Shown here piece by piece: positions 50,400 through 62,689 of a DNA stretch of 64,000 nt. The stretch lies in contig CM060733.1 in NCBI GenBank assembly GCA_030704615.1, positions 34,534,001-34,598,000 on the forward strand, in the 5' to 3' direction. The stretch's first letter is position 1. Each line of letters opens with the position of its first letter. A model generated the notes under the pieces. The model saw only the letters and a program-made list of their open reading frames with translations, was not told the origin of the DNA and did not search any database. A program made the translations under genes and the position numbers. Source of the stretch: Takakia lepidozioides. Its lineage: Eukaryota; Plantae; Bryophyta.

Positions 50400-53300
50400 A
50401 ACCTCCACTTGGCAGTCGACGTCTTAGCAATATTCACCCTCATCTTGAAACATTCCAAGCCCACAACATTGTGCAGTATTTTGCCATTTTCTACACAATC
50501 GTGTTGATCTTCCATACACTCAATCATTCTGGGTCGTGGGTATTTTTCCTTTTAATGAACCTGCAACAGACATGTTTTTTATAAGAACGATGGCAAGAAT
50601 GTTTTCAAAGAACGAGACTGAAATACTGCCAACGAAACTTTCAGATAAAAAGGAAAGAAACTGGAATTCTCACCAGATTGAGGAATGAGATTATATTGTC
50701 CCAGGTAGGCGAAGGCACCCCAGTGTATCCTCTCTTTCGACTCTGCATCATCGACAGCCAACCCTCATTAACAATTTTCATCTCTCCAGCCGAATCAGAA
50801 CGGGAAGGGTGTGGCTTGGCATCGAACACGCACTGAACAGTGCGGGTATATCTTCCAGCAGTAAAGTCCTGCCTACTCTCCATCTCCTTTTCTTTCTCCT
50901 TCCCCTTGTCCTTTTCCTTCTCTTTGGACTTGTCTTTGTCCTTTGGCTTTGCTGGTGAGATGGCTATGACATCAACAGCCTTGTCTTTTGGTTTGCGGCC
51001 CGCCTTCTTTCCCTTCTGCGGCGTTCCCTGAGCATCAGGCTCCTTGGCAGCCAATGTTGCTATGTTTCGTTGGTACTCTTCGTCAGTCAAAGGCACCAAC
51101 ATCTCAGCGTTATTGTTCAAGTATTTCATATGTTGTTCTTGAAAGGTCGTGTGCTCCGGTGGGCAGTCAAGGTACCACCCACAGTCTCTGAAGTGAGAAG
51201 GACTCCAGTCCTTCAATATCCCTGCAGTATACATGGTTGGATCGTTTGCAGGGTCCGACCACATGTCAAGATAGTCTGGAATTCCGCTCAGGTGATTTCC
51301 TTCCATAAGCACATATTTCGTGTACCTGAAAAAAAGGAGATAAATCCCAACCCACAAAAGCGCTCAGTGAGTAAGATGCAAGTAGAACAGAATGAAAAAA
51401 ACATAGATTGAAATGGCTCTAAGAACTGCTCCAAGGACCTTTCAGGACCACACGACTGCTCCAGATGTGAATGTCGTCAACGCCATTCAAAACATTCCAT
51501 TCAATGATACTGTAAATACACCCTAATCCAGGTGAATGCAAACTATCGTTTTGGAATGACACAGACATAGAAATGAATGTCGTCAACGACATTCACTTTG
51601 TATTTGTGAATACACTCCTAATCAAGCCTAATTATTCCTCAGATGAAGCAAAATCAAAGGATGGAAATCATAAACTCGAGTAAGGTAGTCTGTAGTCCCT
51701 TCGGTGTTAATCACTACTTGAACCAATGCAGCAAGAACTGGCAGAGGCAGCTGAGAAGGGAAAATCCGAATATTACCGCACTACACCAGAGGAACTAAGG
51801 ACATCAAAGGGTGTGGAAGCTGCAATAAAGAAGGAGTTTGAAATGCGAAGAACCAAATTGATGTCCGCCTTCGGAAAGCAGCTTAGAATAGTAGATCTTG
51901 TACTCAATTTACTTTTCTACAGACTCGGGCTTACCGCATACATGTACTCTAGAAACGCCTCTTGTGTCAAAGAATACCAAGTGCCTGCAGCTCTTCCTGT
52001 TTCGCACTTCTTGATTATATTGGGTGGAAGTACTGTCCGAAAATCATCCAGCTTCATCAGACCAATCCTCTGAATTCGGAATAGTGTGTGGACCAAGCTT
52101 GTTGTCACATGCGATTTCTCTGTCGATCTGCAAAAACATTGGAAACATTGCAGTCCTTAACACTATTTTTTGGGGATTAATAAGACACTACAGAGGGAAT
52201 AAAATCTCCTGGATGACTTACTTGTTCACGTCGTGCATAGCTGTAAGAAGCCTAGCGATGTCGTTTCCAGGATCCAAAACCATTGCCTCCACAGCAACAT
52301 GCTTGTCTTTGTCTTTCGCATGGTGTTTCTGAATGTATCCCATCCATGCCAGCAATCGGTGGTTGCTGTCCCAGACGTAGAACATGTGGTTGCAGAATTG
52401 CTGGGTGTTCTTTCCCATCATGAGGCCCAGCTCGAACTCCTCATTGGCATCTTTCCAGCACTCATCCCAGTTATCACTGATCTCTGGAGACACTAATGTG
52501 CTTTTCCCATTTATATCCGTCAGTGACACATAAAAAAACTTGTGCACCAAGTCTATATCCATGCACAAAATCACTCTCCAATTTTGTTATGTCATGGGAA
52601 AGAGGTGGACGCACAACAGGCATAGATATCATCCGGCACAGAGGGATGTCCAGACGCCCTCCAGATACGAGCATGTCCCTTATAACCTCCTGAGAGTTTA
52701 CCTTCTGGAATGACATGAGTTCTTTCACCTTGTCAAGGTAGTGCACTTCAGATTCATCTGCTTCATCTGTATTCTCTGAGCTTTTTCCGGACTCGTCCCC
52801 ATCTCCAGATCATTTCCCCTCTGATCCTGTAGGCTTCAACCTCACAATTTTCTGCACGATGTCATTCAATTCTGACTGAGTAATTTGCAAATAGTGAACG
52901 GCGGTAACGACCATCATTCTGTCTCAAAGAAACTCACTATGAATGGTGTGAAACAATTCAGCACAATCTACACAAGCAAAGCTGATCCTGCCGTATTCAA
53001 AACAAAAGCGAAAGCGATAGCGAACGGCGTTAACGACAATCACAAAAGATAAGGACCTGCCAGATCGATGTTGTGTAATGACATCTATGTGTAAGTGATT
53101 GGCGGCAACGACATTCAGTATAGTTTAGGGCGGACAGTAAGTGCAGATTATTCAGATTGACTCCATTGTGATTACCGTCGCCAGCATGGGAAGAGGAAGG
53201 ACTGCTTGAAAGACAATCAGACATACTGTATGATCTGAACAACGATGATTGACGGTATGCCGACCCTCACTCTCTCTTCAAACACATAGGTACATAAATC

Positions 53301-53997
53301 TCATGAGGAGAATCGAATGGCGTCAACGACGCTCGCAATTCAGTAGACTTCAATCACATGTTCCTGCTAAAGAAGGGAAGAGGAAGGACTCCTTGAAAGG
53401 CAATCAGACAGACTGTATGATCTGAACAACAGTGAATGATGGTACCGATAGTCACCCACTCATTGTGCGGTAAACCCTTAGCAGAGGAATAGAAAGTAAA
53501 TCACCGTTGTGATGGTCGATAGCGACAATCCCTGTCTGGGACATTCCACTCAATCTCTACGCAGATCTTCAACAATGAAATGTAAGTTAGAGAAAACTTA
53601 CTGGCGCCTTCTTAGGTTTTGAAATTGGATCCCCTTCTGCAGCTTTCCTCTTCCCTCTCATATCTGCTGGAATTTCTGTCTGCTCTAGGGTTTCTCGACC
53701 TTCTCCCGGTTCGGCGTTCCGCGTGCTTCCACCTCCTTCAGTGTCCCTGCGAATCATCTCTGCATCCACAGGCTGGCGCACTCTTATCGCCGACTGTGTC
53801 ACAGCCGCTGCCTCAGTCTCCGTCTGCTCTTGTGAATCAGTCTCCGCGTTCACATGCTGCCTTGGCCCTGTGTTCTCCAACAAACGACGCCTCGTCATTT
53901 GCTCTCTTGCTCTGCGTCTCTCTCTAAGGGAAGTAAAATAAAGAGACTTTCTTCTCTTTCGTATTGTAGAAGGAACCCTCTCCAGCTTGACTACCAC
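50400..53997 (-). pseudogene. Multi-exon gene with a ParB/Sulfiredoxin-like domain
   Basis: LDIPLCRMISMPVVRP..DITKLESDFVHGY..FYVWDSNHRLLAW resembles the ParB/Srx DGNHR motif. ORF pieces 53587..53997, 52218..52746, 51917..52108 and 50641..51357 have GTAAG-type donors or CAG acceptors at their edges. Confidence 0.6.
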
Positions 53998-54094
53998 TCT
54001 ATCTCTAAGCGCGAAAAGTAGAAAAACGCAGTGACTCCCGATTTCTTGCGAGATTGCCTGCGTTGTTGCTTGTCTCTAGAAGCATCGGATTCCC

Positions 54095-54400
54095 TCCATC
54101 AACATCACTCTTTAAGATAATAGTCGAGCCAGGGGCACCCCAAGCTATGGGGACTCCACCCCACAACAACCTATACCCCTACATAAGCACACTCAGATTC
54201 TAAAGCATGAAGGAGCTCGGTCGCGCAGGCTCAACTCGAGAGAGATGAGCTGCACGACTGACGCTCTCGTGAAGATAAGACGGTTCAGGTGTCAAACTAA
54301 ACTTGACACCTAATTTAACACTTGACCTAAATCCAAGTGTTAAAGACAAATAACTAGCTTTATTCTAGTTAGTTTCACACTGTGCTTATTTAACTTGACA
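54095..54400 (-). repeat. Terminal repeat B joined to gypsy copy 2
   Basis: Homologous to 25925-26230, with the same GACA-GC-TGTC junction at 54397-54406. Confidence 0.92.
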
Positions 54401-54402
54401 GC

Positions 54403-54489
54403 TGTCGTGCGCATACGTATCGCTACACAATTACATCGTTGTCCAAACCACACCACACATATATGCACAATAAAGTAGTCTGCCACAAT
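54403..54489 (-). repeat. Terminal repeat A of gypsy copy 2
   Basis: Differs from 26233-26319 by only a few substitutions. Confidence 0.95.
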
Positions 54490-54746
54490 CGCCCCCCTAG
54501 CTGGTGGATAGGTCCCTCTAACTCCAGATAGCTACAAGATGTAATAGCCACAACCGTACTAAGTCCTCTATCACTGTCCCTATTGTACTCAAACTCTATT
54601 GACCAAGAGGCCGGGTACAAGAGTAGCCCCATCGTTAGTCGCCGTCTTGCAATCTGTGAACTTGAGCCAGGACCTCGTGTATTCAAGGTCTCCTGTAGCT
54701 GGGCCTTGCGTTGCTTGTTAGCCTTCCATGGTTGTATCCACTCCCA

Positions 54747-57700
54747 CTATCCAATGCAATGTAGACATAACCAATCCCCATCCGGAACCATCTCAAGAGG
54801 TGGAGTCAAGCATCCCATATGCCAGCCTCTAGAGCATCGATCACACACCAGCATGGTGGCTGCCCCTCTAGCAGACCCACACAACATGCACCTCAAACTT
54901 GCAGATACCACTGCCAGGTTTGGGTCAATCCTGCCATCGACATTCGGAAGGTGACATGGCGCACAATTACGCACATGGTCCTTCCAAGTTATGCCATCCC
55001 GACCCTCCAAGACCAAGACGCCTGAGGGCAAGACCTCTCGAACCCTCAAAATAACACGTCCTACAGTCACATCCAAGGTCGTAGGAGCAGTCTGCTGCAG
55101 ATAGACATAGTCACTAGGGTTGAATCTCCGAACCCCAGGACGATAGCCCCCACCACGTATGGTAGCATACCTCAACGTATCATGGTGTTGTGCAATGGCA
55201 AGGTTCTCGAAAGCCATGGGCATGACTTTCTTGAACAACTCTGCACGCTGCTCACATGCACGTGCCCACACGTCTGGATCGTCAAGGTTAAGAATTGTAG
55301 CAGCTTCTCTGCAAATGGATATAGGCAAATCCGGCTCTCGGCCGAAGAGAAGAAAGTATGGTGAGAAGGAGGCAAGTGATGCTTGCTTGCTGAACCTGTA
55401 GCCCATGGCTAACCAGGGTAACTGAAGGTCCCAATCTCTTAGGTGTCCCTTCTGCAAGCCATACTTGCGCAAACCCCTCTTTACTGTCTGAACAACTCTC
55501 TCTGCCAAGCCATCGGCCTCAGGATGATCCCAAGAAGTGGTGCGGTGGTCTATCAAGGCCTTGTCACACAAAGCCTGAAACTCCCCCGAGAACTCTCTCC
55601 CTTGGTCCGTGAGTACCTCAGCTGGAGCACCGAATCGGCTAAGCACACAATCCAAGAATGCATACGCAGCTCCCTCACTAGCCTTATCAGGCAATGGAAC
55701 CAACTCAATCCACTTGGAGAAGTGCTCCACCATCACCAACACGTACTTGTTGTGGCGCATGGTCAGTGGCAATGGCCCTGCGAAGTCAAGACTCCACCTG
55801 TAGCCCAATCCCATGATCGGAAGATGGTGCAATTGTGGAGTAGGGGCGTTGAATGAAGCACGCACCCTGTCATACACCATGCACCTAGCCACAAATTGTT
55901 GCACCTTGTGTGCATACCACGCCACCAATACTGCCCCTGCAGTAGACTATGAGTGCGTCGCACCCCAAAATGCCCCAACTCCTCATGGGCATGCCGCACT
56001 AACCGTGCCCACTGTGTTGGGTGAGGCACAATCCTCACTCGACCATCCTCCCACACTCAGAGCAGGTGTGTCCCCTCCCACTTGAACCTCTTGGCTCGTT
56101 GTAGGATCCGATCCCTCTCCTTGGCAGTCACAGTGGCTGCAGTGTATCCAGTGCGGAGGTAGTCCAACACAATTGAATCCTCATGTATATCTTTGGCGCC
56201 ACCTTGCTCATTGCTGGCCTCAGGGTCCTCAGACACTTGATCTACAGTCATCCCTGTTGCAGGTCCAACCTAGCCTTCCGCTGCCAAGATACACAGAAAT
56301 GCAGATGCATGCCATCCGGGCACCATCTCCTCGTTCGTCTCACCATGCCACCGAGCTCCAGTGTCATCCTGTTGGCTCGTGCATGGATTGCGACTCAACC
56401 CATCTGCATTGCGATTGACCAAACCCGGTCGATGCACCACCTGAAAGTCATACTCTTGAAGGATGAGTGCCCACCGTGCAAGCTTCCCCGTAAGTTTGTC
56501 TGACTCCATCAACCACTTGAGTGGTTGGTGATCCATGACAAGGGTGAAGAGATTGCCGTATAGATAGCACCTGAAGTGTGCCACGGCCCACACTGCAGCT
56601 AAGCATTCTCCCTCATATGAGCTATACTTAGACTCTGCAACGTTGTTCGATCGGCTAGCATAAGCCACTACGAACTCTCTTCCCTCATCATCCACCTGTG
56701 TGAGCACCGCTCCAAGCCCCAGCATGCTCCAATCTGTATGCAGCTGAAAAGGACGCCCCCTGATAGGTCGTCTCAAGATGGGCGCCGAGGTCAACCTCGC
56801 CTTGAGCTCTTGAAAAGCTTGTTCTTGCTCATCTTCCTACTGCCACTCCTGGTCCACCTTGGTCAGCTTGGTTAGAGCCTTTGCAATGGCACTAAATCCT
56901 TAACAAACCGTCTATAATAGTTTGCTAACCCCATGAAAGCTCGAACTCGGCTCACATCCGTGGGGCGTGGAACCTGTGCAATGGACTCTACCTTAGTCTG
57001 CTGTACCCCCAATCCTCCAGGATATATCATGTGACCCAGATACTCAATCTGGTTGTGGAAAAACTTGCACTTTCCCGGATGTAACTTCAATCTGTGCGCC
57101 CTCAAGCACTCAAATACCCCCTGAAGGTGTCTCTCATGCTCTTCCACCGTAGCACTAAAGATGATGATGTCATCTATGTAGCACCGAGCAAACTCCACCC
57201 CTGCTAGAATCCTGTCCATGACTCTCTGAAACTCTGCCGGAGCGTTCTTAAGCCCAAATGGTAAGAACCGCCACTGGTATAGGCAATCCTTCCCGTGCTC
57301 ATTGATCCCCCAGAATGCCGTCTTTTGCTTATCCGCCTCCTTGATCGGCAACTGGTGATATCCGGATCGTAAATCCAACGTGCTAAAGACCTTGGCATGC
57401 CCAATGGCATCAAAGATCTCCTCTGGTGTTGGCATGGCATACCTATCGGACTTGGTCTGACGATTTACATGCCGGTAATCACCGCATATACGTCTCTCCG
57501 TCCAATTGCCAAAGACATCCTTCTTGGCTGGCATCACTGTGGCTGAAGCATACTCTCCCCCAGATAGCTCCACCAAACCAACCTCCCAAAGGTCCTGAGT
57601 TCTCATCTGAATCAAGGACCTCTCCATGTCACTGTATCTATAGGGTCTCCGAAAGATTGGCGTGTCAGTAGCCAATTCAATGCAAATCTCTTGACCCTTC

Positions 57701-57870
57701 AGTGCTCCTAAGTCCTTCAAACTGAAGGCAAAGCAGTTCATGTAAGCCCTCAAGAACCGCCGTATACGTCGTCTCTCTCCTCCGGTGACTATAGGTCCAA
57801 CATCAGGCTCCCAGTTGTCCTCCGTGACTGCAACCTTGAGTCCAGCAGGCTGTCCGTGACAATGTCTCAC
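54747..57870 (-). pseudogene. Gypsy pol copy 2: RT, RNase H, integrase, PHD finger
   Basis: YIDD RT, TDWS RNase H, DDE integrase, and a complete C4HC3 PHD: CMLC..VCDRC..WHMGCLTPPLEMVPDGDWLCLHC. Confidence 0.95.
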
Positions 57871-60820
57871 CCTGCCCCATCATCCCATCCCTGAGGACCT
57901 CCTCAACCCGAGAAAAATCCCCAACCTGATCCATCACCGCCGCCTTGGCTGCCAACTCCTTTTGAACCTCGAGCACCTCCCACGTGTGCCATGGATGCGG
58001 CCTGCACCTCGTGGTCCTCACCTGCTTGCCCCCACTCGCTGCCTGTACCGTCTCGGTAGGCAGGGAGACCATGAAGGGAAGTGTACTCCGTACTCTGCGC
58101 TGCTCGGCCATAGCCAAGCTGATAATCCAGGTCAAGCAATTGAGATCCATTGCTTGCCCCAACACTTGACGACGTGATGCCTCAGAAAGAGATGGCACCG
58201 CCGTGGTACCAGTGGTAAAACCCATTGCCCGCTCGCGCTCGTCAGCATTGGGCTCCACTAATTGTTGCAACTGGCTATCCCACAAGAGGACAGATCCACC
58301 ATCCCGAAAAGCATGGGATCCTGGGAAGCTTAGCAGTGTAGGTAATGTTGCTCGTGGTTGACCCACCCTGTTGACCACTGCCAAAGGCGAACGGTCATCG
58401 TGTCTCACACGTTGAGACTGCCTCCCTGTGTCCAAAATGCTATCCACTGTGAGGTGTGCTGGCCGCTGCACCCCATCAAATGCACGCTTGAGCAGTGCGG
58501 GTGGCATCAAATTAGTCCACCATAGCCGAGGACGATGAGCCCATGACCCCACTGCAGCTACATCCAGCAACATTGCTGACCCAAGCCACGACCGGACTTG
58601 ATGCACACTGACCATCACCCTGGCCCGAGAATCACCCATTAGTGGCACATTCTCCAAGATGTATGCTAGAGATACAGCTTGATGAAGCTGCAAGTGGCGC
58701 AAAACCCGCACCATCTCCCAAAACAGACCCGTCCTCAAGTCTCGCAATCCATTGCCATGCTCGGCTGATGAATGCCCTTGGCAGGGCCAACCTGCCACTA
58801 CCAGATCAATGGAGCCAACCTGCTCCAAATCCTGCGCCCCCAGCAACGAAATATCTGCTGACAAGGCTTGTTGGTATCCACGAACTGCAGACACTAGCAA
58901 CAAATCAGGGTACTGTTGTACCAACTGAGCAACATGGCGCAGTGAGACGCGTCGTGCAGTCTCATCCCTCTCCACATACAGGTAACGTCGAACTCGTACA
59001 CCTGCCTGCAGTATTGCAGCCAATCCAGTGTTGATCCCGCCAAACAAGTCCAGAAGGCATATGCCTTCATCCGTGCACCGCCACACAAGAGGTGTGGTGT
59101 CCAATGGCGACAACTGAGGTGGTCCTGGTGCAATCACCGCACTCTCCTCTTCTCCTGACGGTACGAAGGCCTCTACCCAGGCTTGTTGTACCCGTCCATC
59201 AGCAGCCTGATGCAAATCCTTGCTCGTACCCCACAATGGAGTGTGAGCAACCATGGCAGGCAACTCCGCCGTACCATGCATGTCATCCTGCTCTGCTGGA
59301 GGTGGCACATCCTCTGCATGGGCATTGCCTTCCAGCAACTCTCCAGGCCAACTAACTGCAGCTGTAAAGGCGGCTAGTGTTGGCATTTTGCCCCGCTGGG
59401 CAGCCGCAATACCCCCAATGAATGTCACAGGGAGTTGTGCACGACGACCATCCCCTGACTGCCATCCAGGCCTGCCCATGGGATATAACACTGCCCCACC
59501 AACGAGGACATCGTAAGAGATTGCGTCTGTCACAATGGCCTTGGCTCGTATCACTGAGCCATCTATAGGATGATCTGGCTGCAGTCTAATGGCCAACTCA
59601 CACCGTGTCATGCCCCAAGCCTGCTCTGATCCTCCCAAAGATGTCTGTATCTGGAAATGACAAAGCTCCATATCCGCCTCCATGAGGCCCAAACCTGCAA
59701 TAGCAGCTCTGCCCAACATCAGTGGCTGAGCTCCCGAGTCCAACAAGACCCGCAGTGGCCGGTACTTCTTGCTTGCCTGTCCACTCAAAGAGAAAATGTC
59801 ATCCTGGTTGTCTAACAAGACAACTCCAGGTGTCACCATGGCGCGCTCAAAGGCTGGCCTAGCTGGCAGCTCCGTCAACCTGACAGCTGCAGCTTGCCAT
59901 GGCGCAGCCGTGGCAGTCTTGACCCTCAAATCCGAGGATCCCTCTGCCACTACACCTTCTAGTAACTCCGCAGAAGATGAAGTGACCTCCCCACTCTCAC
60001 AGAGTATTGCTGCTAGTCTGAACACTGCAGCTGGTCTTACCCCCGACGTCGCAATCATGGTTGCCGAGAACAGTGGGGCTTGACACACAGAGGTGGCTGC
60101 CCCCAATAACACACCGGCTGCACTAGCCTTAGTAGCAGGTGTCAGTGATGCACGTGTAGCTCTCCCCAATGACATAGTAACCTCCGCCTCGGTAACAGTC
60201 GGGCGAGAACTAGGTGCCATGGATGGCGTCAACACTATCTCCGCCAATGTGAATGACTGAGGAAGCCTCGCCTGACGGCTTGCCTCCCCACGCTGTGGAT
60301 CCAATTCCATCTCTGCACCTCGTGGCTCAGGAACTCGTGCTGCTCCTCGAGTCACGGCTGCAGCAGACTCCACCTGCTCTAGTGGTAGTGCTGCTCCGCA
60401 CATGAATCCCATCCCTCCCATATCTCCTCCCTCAGGAGCAAGAGGTGGACCATCCCGCCTGGGAGCCGGTACCACCTGAGCTGTAGCCATGACAGCGAGC
60501 CTCTGCTCTAGTTGCTGAAGCCGGTTGGCCATGCCTTGGTCAACATCTTGACCTCCGCGTCCTTGGCCATGTTGAGCTTGCCCTTGGCCTGCACCTCGTG
60601 CCCGGCCACCTCGTCCTCTCTGGGCTGGTCCACCTAGCCCCCGGCCATTATTGTTCCCTTGGAACTGGCCTGGGCGCAACTCAAGGATGCAAGTCATAAC
60701 ACTGGGCATTTCCATGCCCATACTTGCCACAATGCCCACACTGCAGGCTGTGCTTGTGCCGGCCTTTTGCCACTCTCTGGGCAATCTCTCTTGACATGGG
60801 GTCCTCCACATGTCCAACAT
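57803..60820 (-). CDS. Gag C-terminus / aspartic protease / C5 DNA methyltransferase in one 1005-aa ORF
   Basis: VLLDSGAQ is followed in frame by LDLFGG (I), YVERD (II), AGWPCQGHS (IV), ILENV (VI), HRPRLWW (VIII), ERAMGF (IX) and RRQVLGQAM (X). Confidence 0.93.
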   Translation of the reverse strand: MLDMWRTPCQERLPREWQKAGTSTACSVGIVASMGMEMPSVMTCILELRPGQFQGNNNGRGLGGPAQRGRGGRARGAGQGQAQHGQGRGGQDVDQGMANRLQQLEQRLAVMATAQVVPAPRRDGPPLAPEGGDMGGMGFMCGAALPLEQVESAAAVTRGAARVPEPRGAEMELDPQRGEASRQARLPQSFTLAEIVLTPSMAPSSRPTVTEAEVTMSLGRATRASLTPATKASAAGVLLGAATSVCQAPLFSATMIATSGVRPAAVFRLAAILCESGEVTSSSAELLEGVVAEGSSDLRVKTATAAPWQAAAVRLTELPARPAFERAMVTPGVVLLDNQDDIFSLSGQASKKYRPLRVLLDSGAQPLMLGRAAIAGLGLMEADMELCHFQIQTSLGGSEQAWGMTRCELAIRLQPDHPIDGSVIRAKAIVTDAISYDVLVGGAVLYPMGRPGWQSGDGRRAQLPVTFIGGIAAAQRGKMPTLAAFTAAVSWPGELLEGNAHAEDVPPPAEQDDMHGTAELPAMVAHTPLWGTSKDLHQAADGRVQQAWVEAFVPSGEEESAVIAPGPPQLSPLDTTPLVWRCTDEGICLLDLFGGINTGLAAILQAGVRVRRYLYVERDETARRVSLRHVAQLVQQYPDLLLVSAVRGYQQALSADISLLGAQDLEQVGSIDLVVAGWPCQGHSSAEHGNGLRDLRTGLFWEMVRVLRHLQLHQAVSLAYILENVPLMGDSRARVMVSVHQVRSWLGSAMLLDVAAVGSWAHRPRLWWTNLMPPALLKRAFDGVQRPAHLTVDSILDTGRQSQRVRHDDRSPLAVVNRVGQPRATLPTLLSFPGSHAFRDGGSVLLWDSQLQQLVEPNADERERAMGFTTGTTAVPSLSEASRRQVLGQAMDLNCLTWIISLAMAEQRRVRSTLPFMVSLPTETVQAASGGKQVRTTRCRPHPWHTWEVLEVQKELAAKAAVMDQVGDFSRVEEVLRDGMMGQGETLSRTACWTQGCSHGGQLGA

Positions 60821-62016
60821 ATCACTCCTGGTTGTTGTTGGCTTGCAAAAGATGCTACGGGCCTCTGCACCTGAGGTCCCCTGTAAGCTCCATGAAATTT
60901 GGGTTGGGAAACCTTGCCCCCCTGACCACGCTGTTGGGCAGTCCCTTGTGCCTGTGGGCTGGCAGCTGCGCCTCGTGCAGGCATGTCTTTGCCAAATCCA
61001 ATGGTAACAACTCGCTCCTCCACTATGTTGAGCTCAATCCGCTCAGCCAGCAGAAACACATCTGCCAATGTGGGTTGGGCTGCTTGTAACAAGGTTGCAT
61101 CCTGCACCCTTCTCCTGAGCTCCTTGTCCAAAATTCCATACCAGAACTGGATTGCCTGAGCTTCAGTAACCCCTTGGGTCACACTTATCAAGCGCCTCAT
61201 ACGAGTGTAGGCCTCTCGCAAGCTCTCACTGGGTTTGCGCTGGAAGTCTTACAAATTTCGCAGCTTCTCTGTCCGTACACCTTGGTAGTTCCTCCGCAAC
61301 TCCTGGAAGAACTCCACCACCGGGTTGAATCTAGGCACATGTGTTGTAGTCGTGGCAGGAGGAGTAGTAGCACCTTTTGAACTGGTACCACCTGCAGAAG
61401 TACCGGCACTACTTGTTCCACTACTAGTGCTGGCAGTGGGAGATATTGGTACTGATGCAGCTACTGGTCGCGTCGTGCCTCGAGTAATGGAGACGTAGTC
61501 AGGTGACCAATACATCCTCCACTCCTCAATCTCTGCTTTATGTCCTCGCCTGAACTTGTGGTAATCGTCCATAGGCGGGCCTTCCAAATACTGGAACAGT
61601 CCCTTCCACGCCATGAATGGGGTGAATAGCTGTGGATTGCGCATCTGCTGCAAATCACACCAGCTGTCGAACTCCTGGATAAAGTCATCCAACTCGATTG
61701 TGCCCACAGCTCCAGAGTACCTACGAGGCCCCTTGGTAGCTCCATACATCTCCTCCATGTCGTCCCACAACAATGGCGAATGAAACTGCACACCTGTTGA
61801 TGAAGCCTTCGAGTCTGTGTCTGACTCTGCACTAGTTGAGGGTGGAGGTGAAGGTGGTCTGAAACGAACACCTCGTCTGGTGAACCCACTCTCACTGCTA
61901 CTGCCTGTAGCCGTACTCCCCTCAGAACCCCTGGGTAACTCCGTGATGACACTCACAATTGTGCACCTCCCCCACGTGACACTATAAGGCTCTAGTACTA
62001 ATTCTAATAGTGACAC
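60694..62016 (-). pseudogene. Gypsy gag, copy 2 (frameshifted)
   Basis: ORFs 61249..62016 and 60694..61221 are homologous to copy 1 gag and include the CWTCGGPHVKRDC knuckle. Confidence 0.88.
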
Positions 62017-62689
62017 CTATTGCAGTTTAAGGGTCATATCCCAGTGGCTCAGGGCACTTGTACCTGCATCCACCGCAACAACTCCCATGGTTGGCTGGTC
62101 ATCAACCCAGTCTCACCATAGAAAAAACACTGGTGGTCTTGCTGGTCATCACTCTTGCCTCACCACCGACAACATACTCTAGGATTGACCGGTGATCAAA
62201 TCCGGCCTAATCCCTATGAAAGCAAGCGCCCACACAAAACCAACATGGCGCACAGTCAAGCATGCAGGTGTTGGGGGGGGGATCCAAACACAAGAAATCA
62301 AAACATCAACACCCCCACACCAAAATCCATCTGCAATGCTGATCCTGCAGAATATCCCAGCCCAAAACCCCGGACTGACTGGCCTCCATCAAGAGAGGCT
62401 TTGGCAACTACAAGTACAAAGTAATGAAAATAATAAAGAGATGGAGAGGAAGAATAGAAGCCCGACCAAGCAAGATCTAATCCTGATCTATGCTATCAAT
62501 TGCCAGACTTCTCTCAAAGTGCCTCGCTCTGCATGATGGTAAGGTGTAGGCGGTATATCTATGTCCAGAAACCTGCCACTAACCCTGTCCCAAGCTACAG
62601 TAGCTCGCTCTAACCAACCCTCCTCCTCTTTCTGCCAGGTAGAGACAAAGCAATACTCCCCTATCTCCCGCTCACTGAACACTAAAGAA

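Noticed and set aside
58100-59065. Host DRM/DNMT3 gene or bacterial restriction-modification contamination
   Set aside because: The domain is intronless, in frame with the retroviral-type protease, and sits at the same position in both retrotransposon copies.
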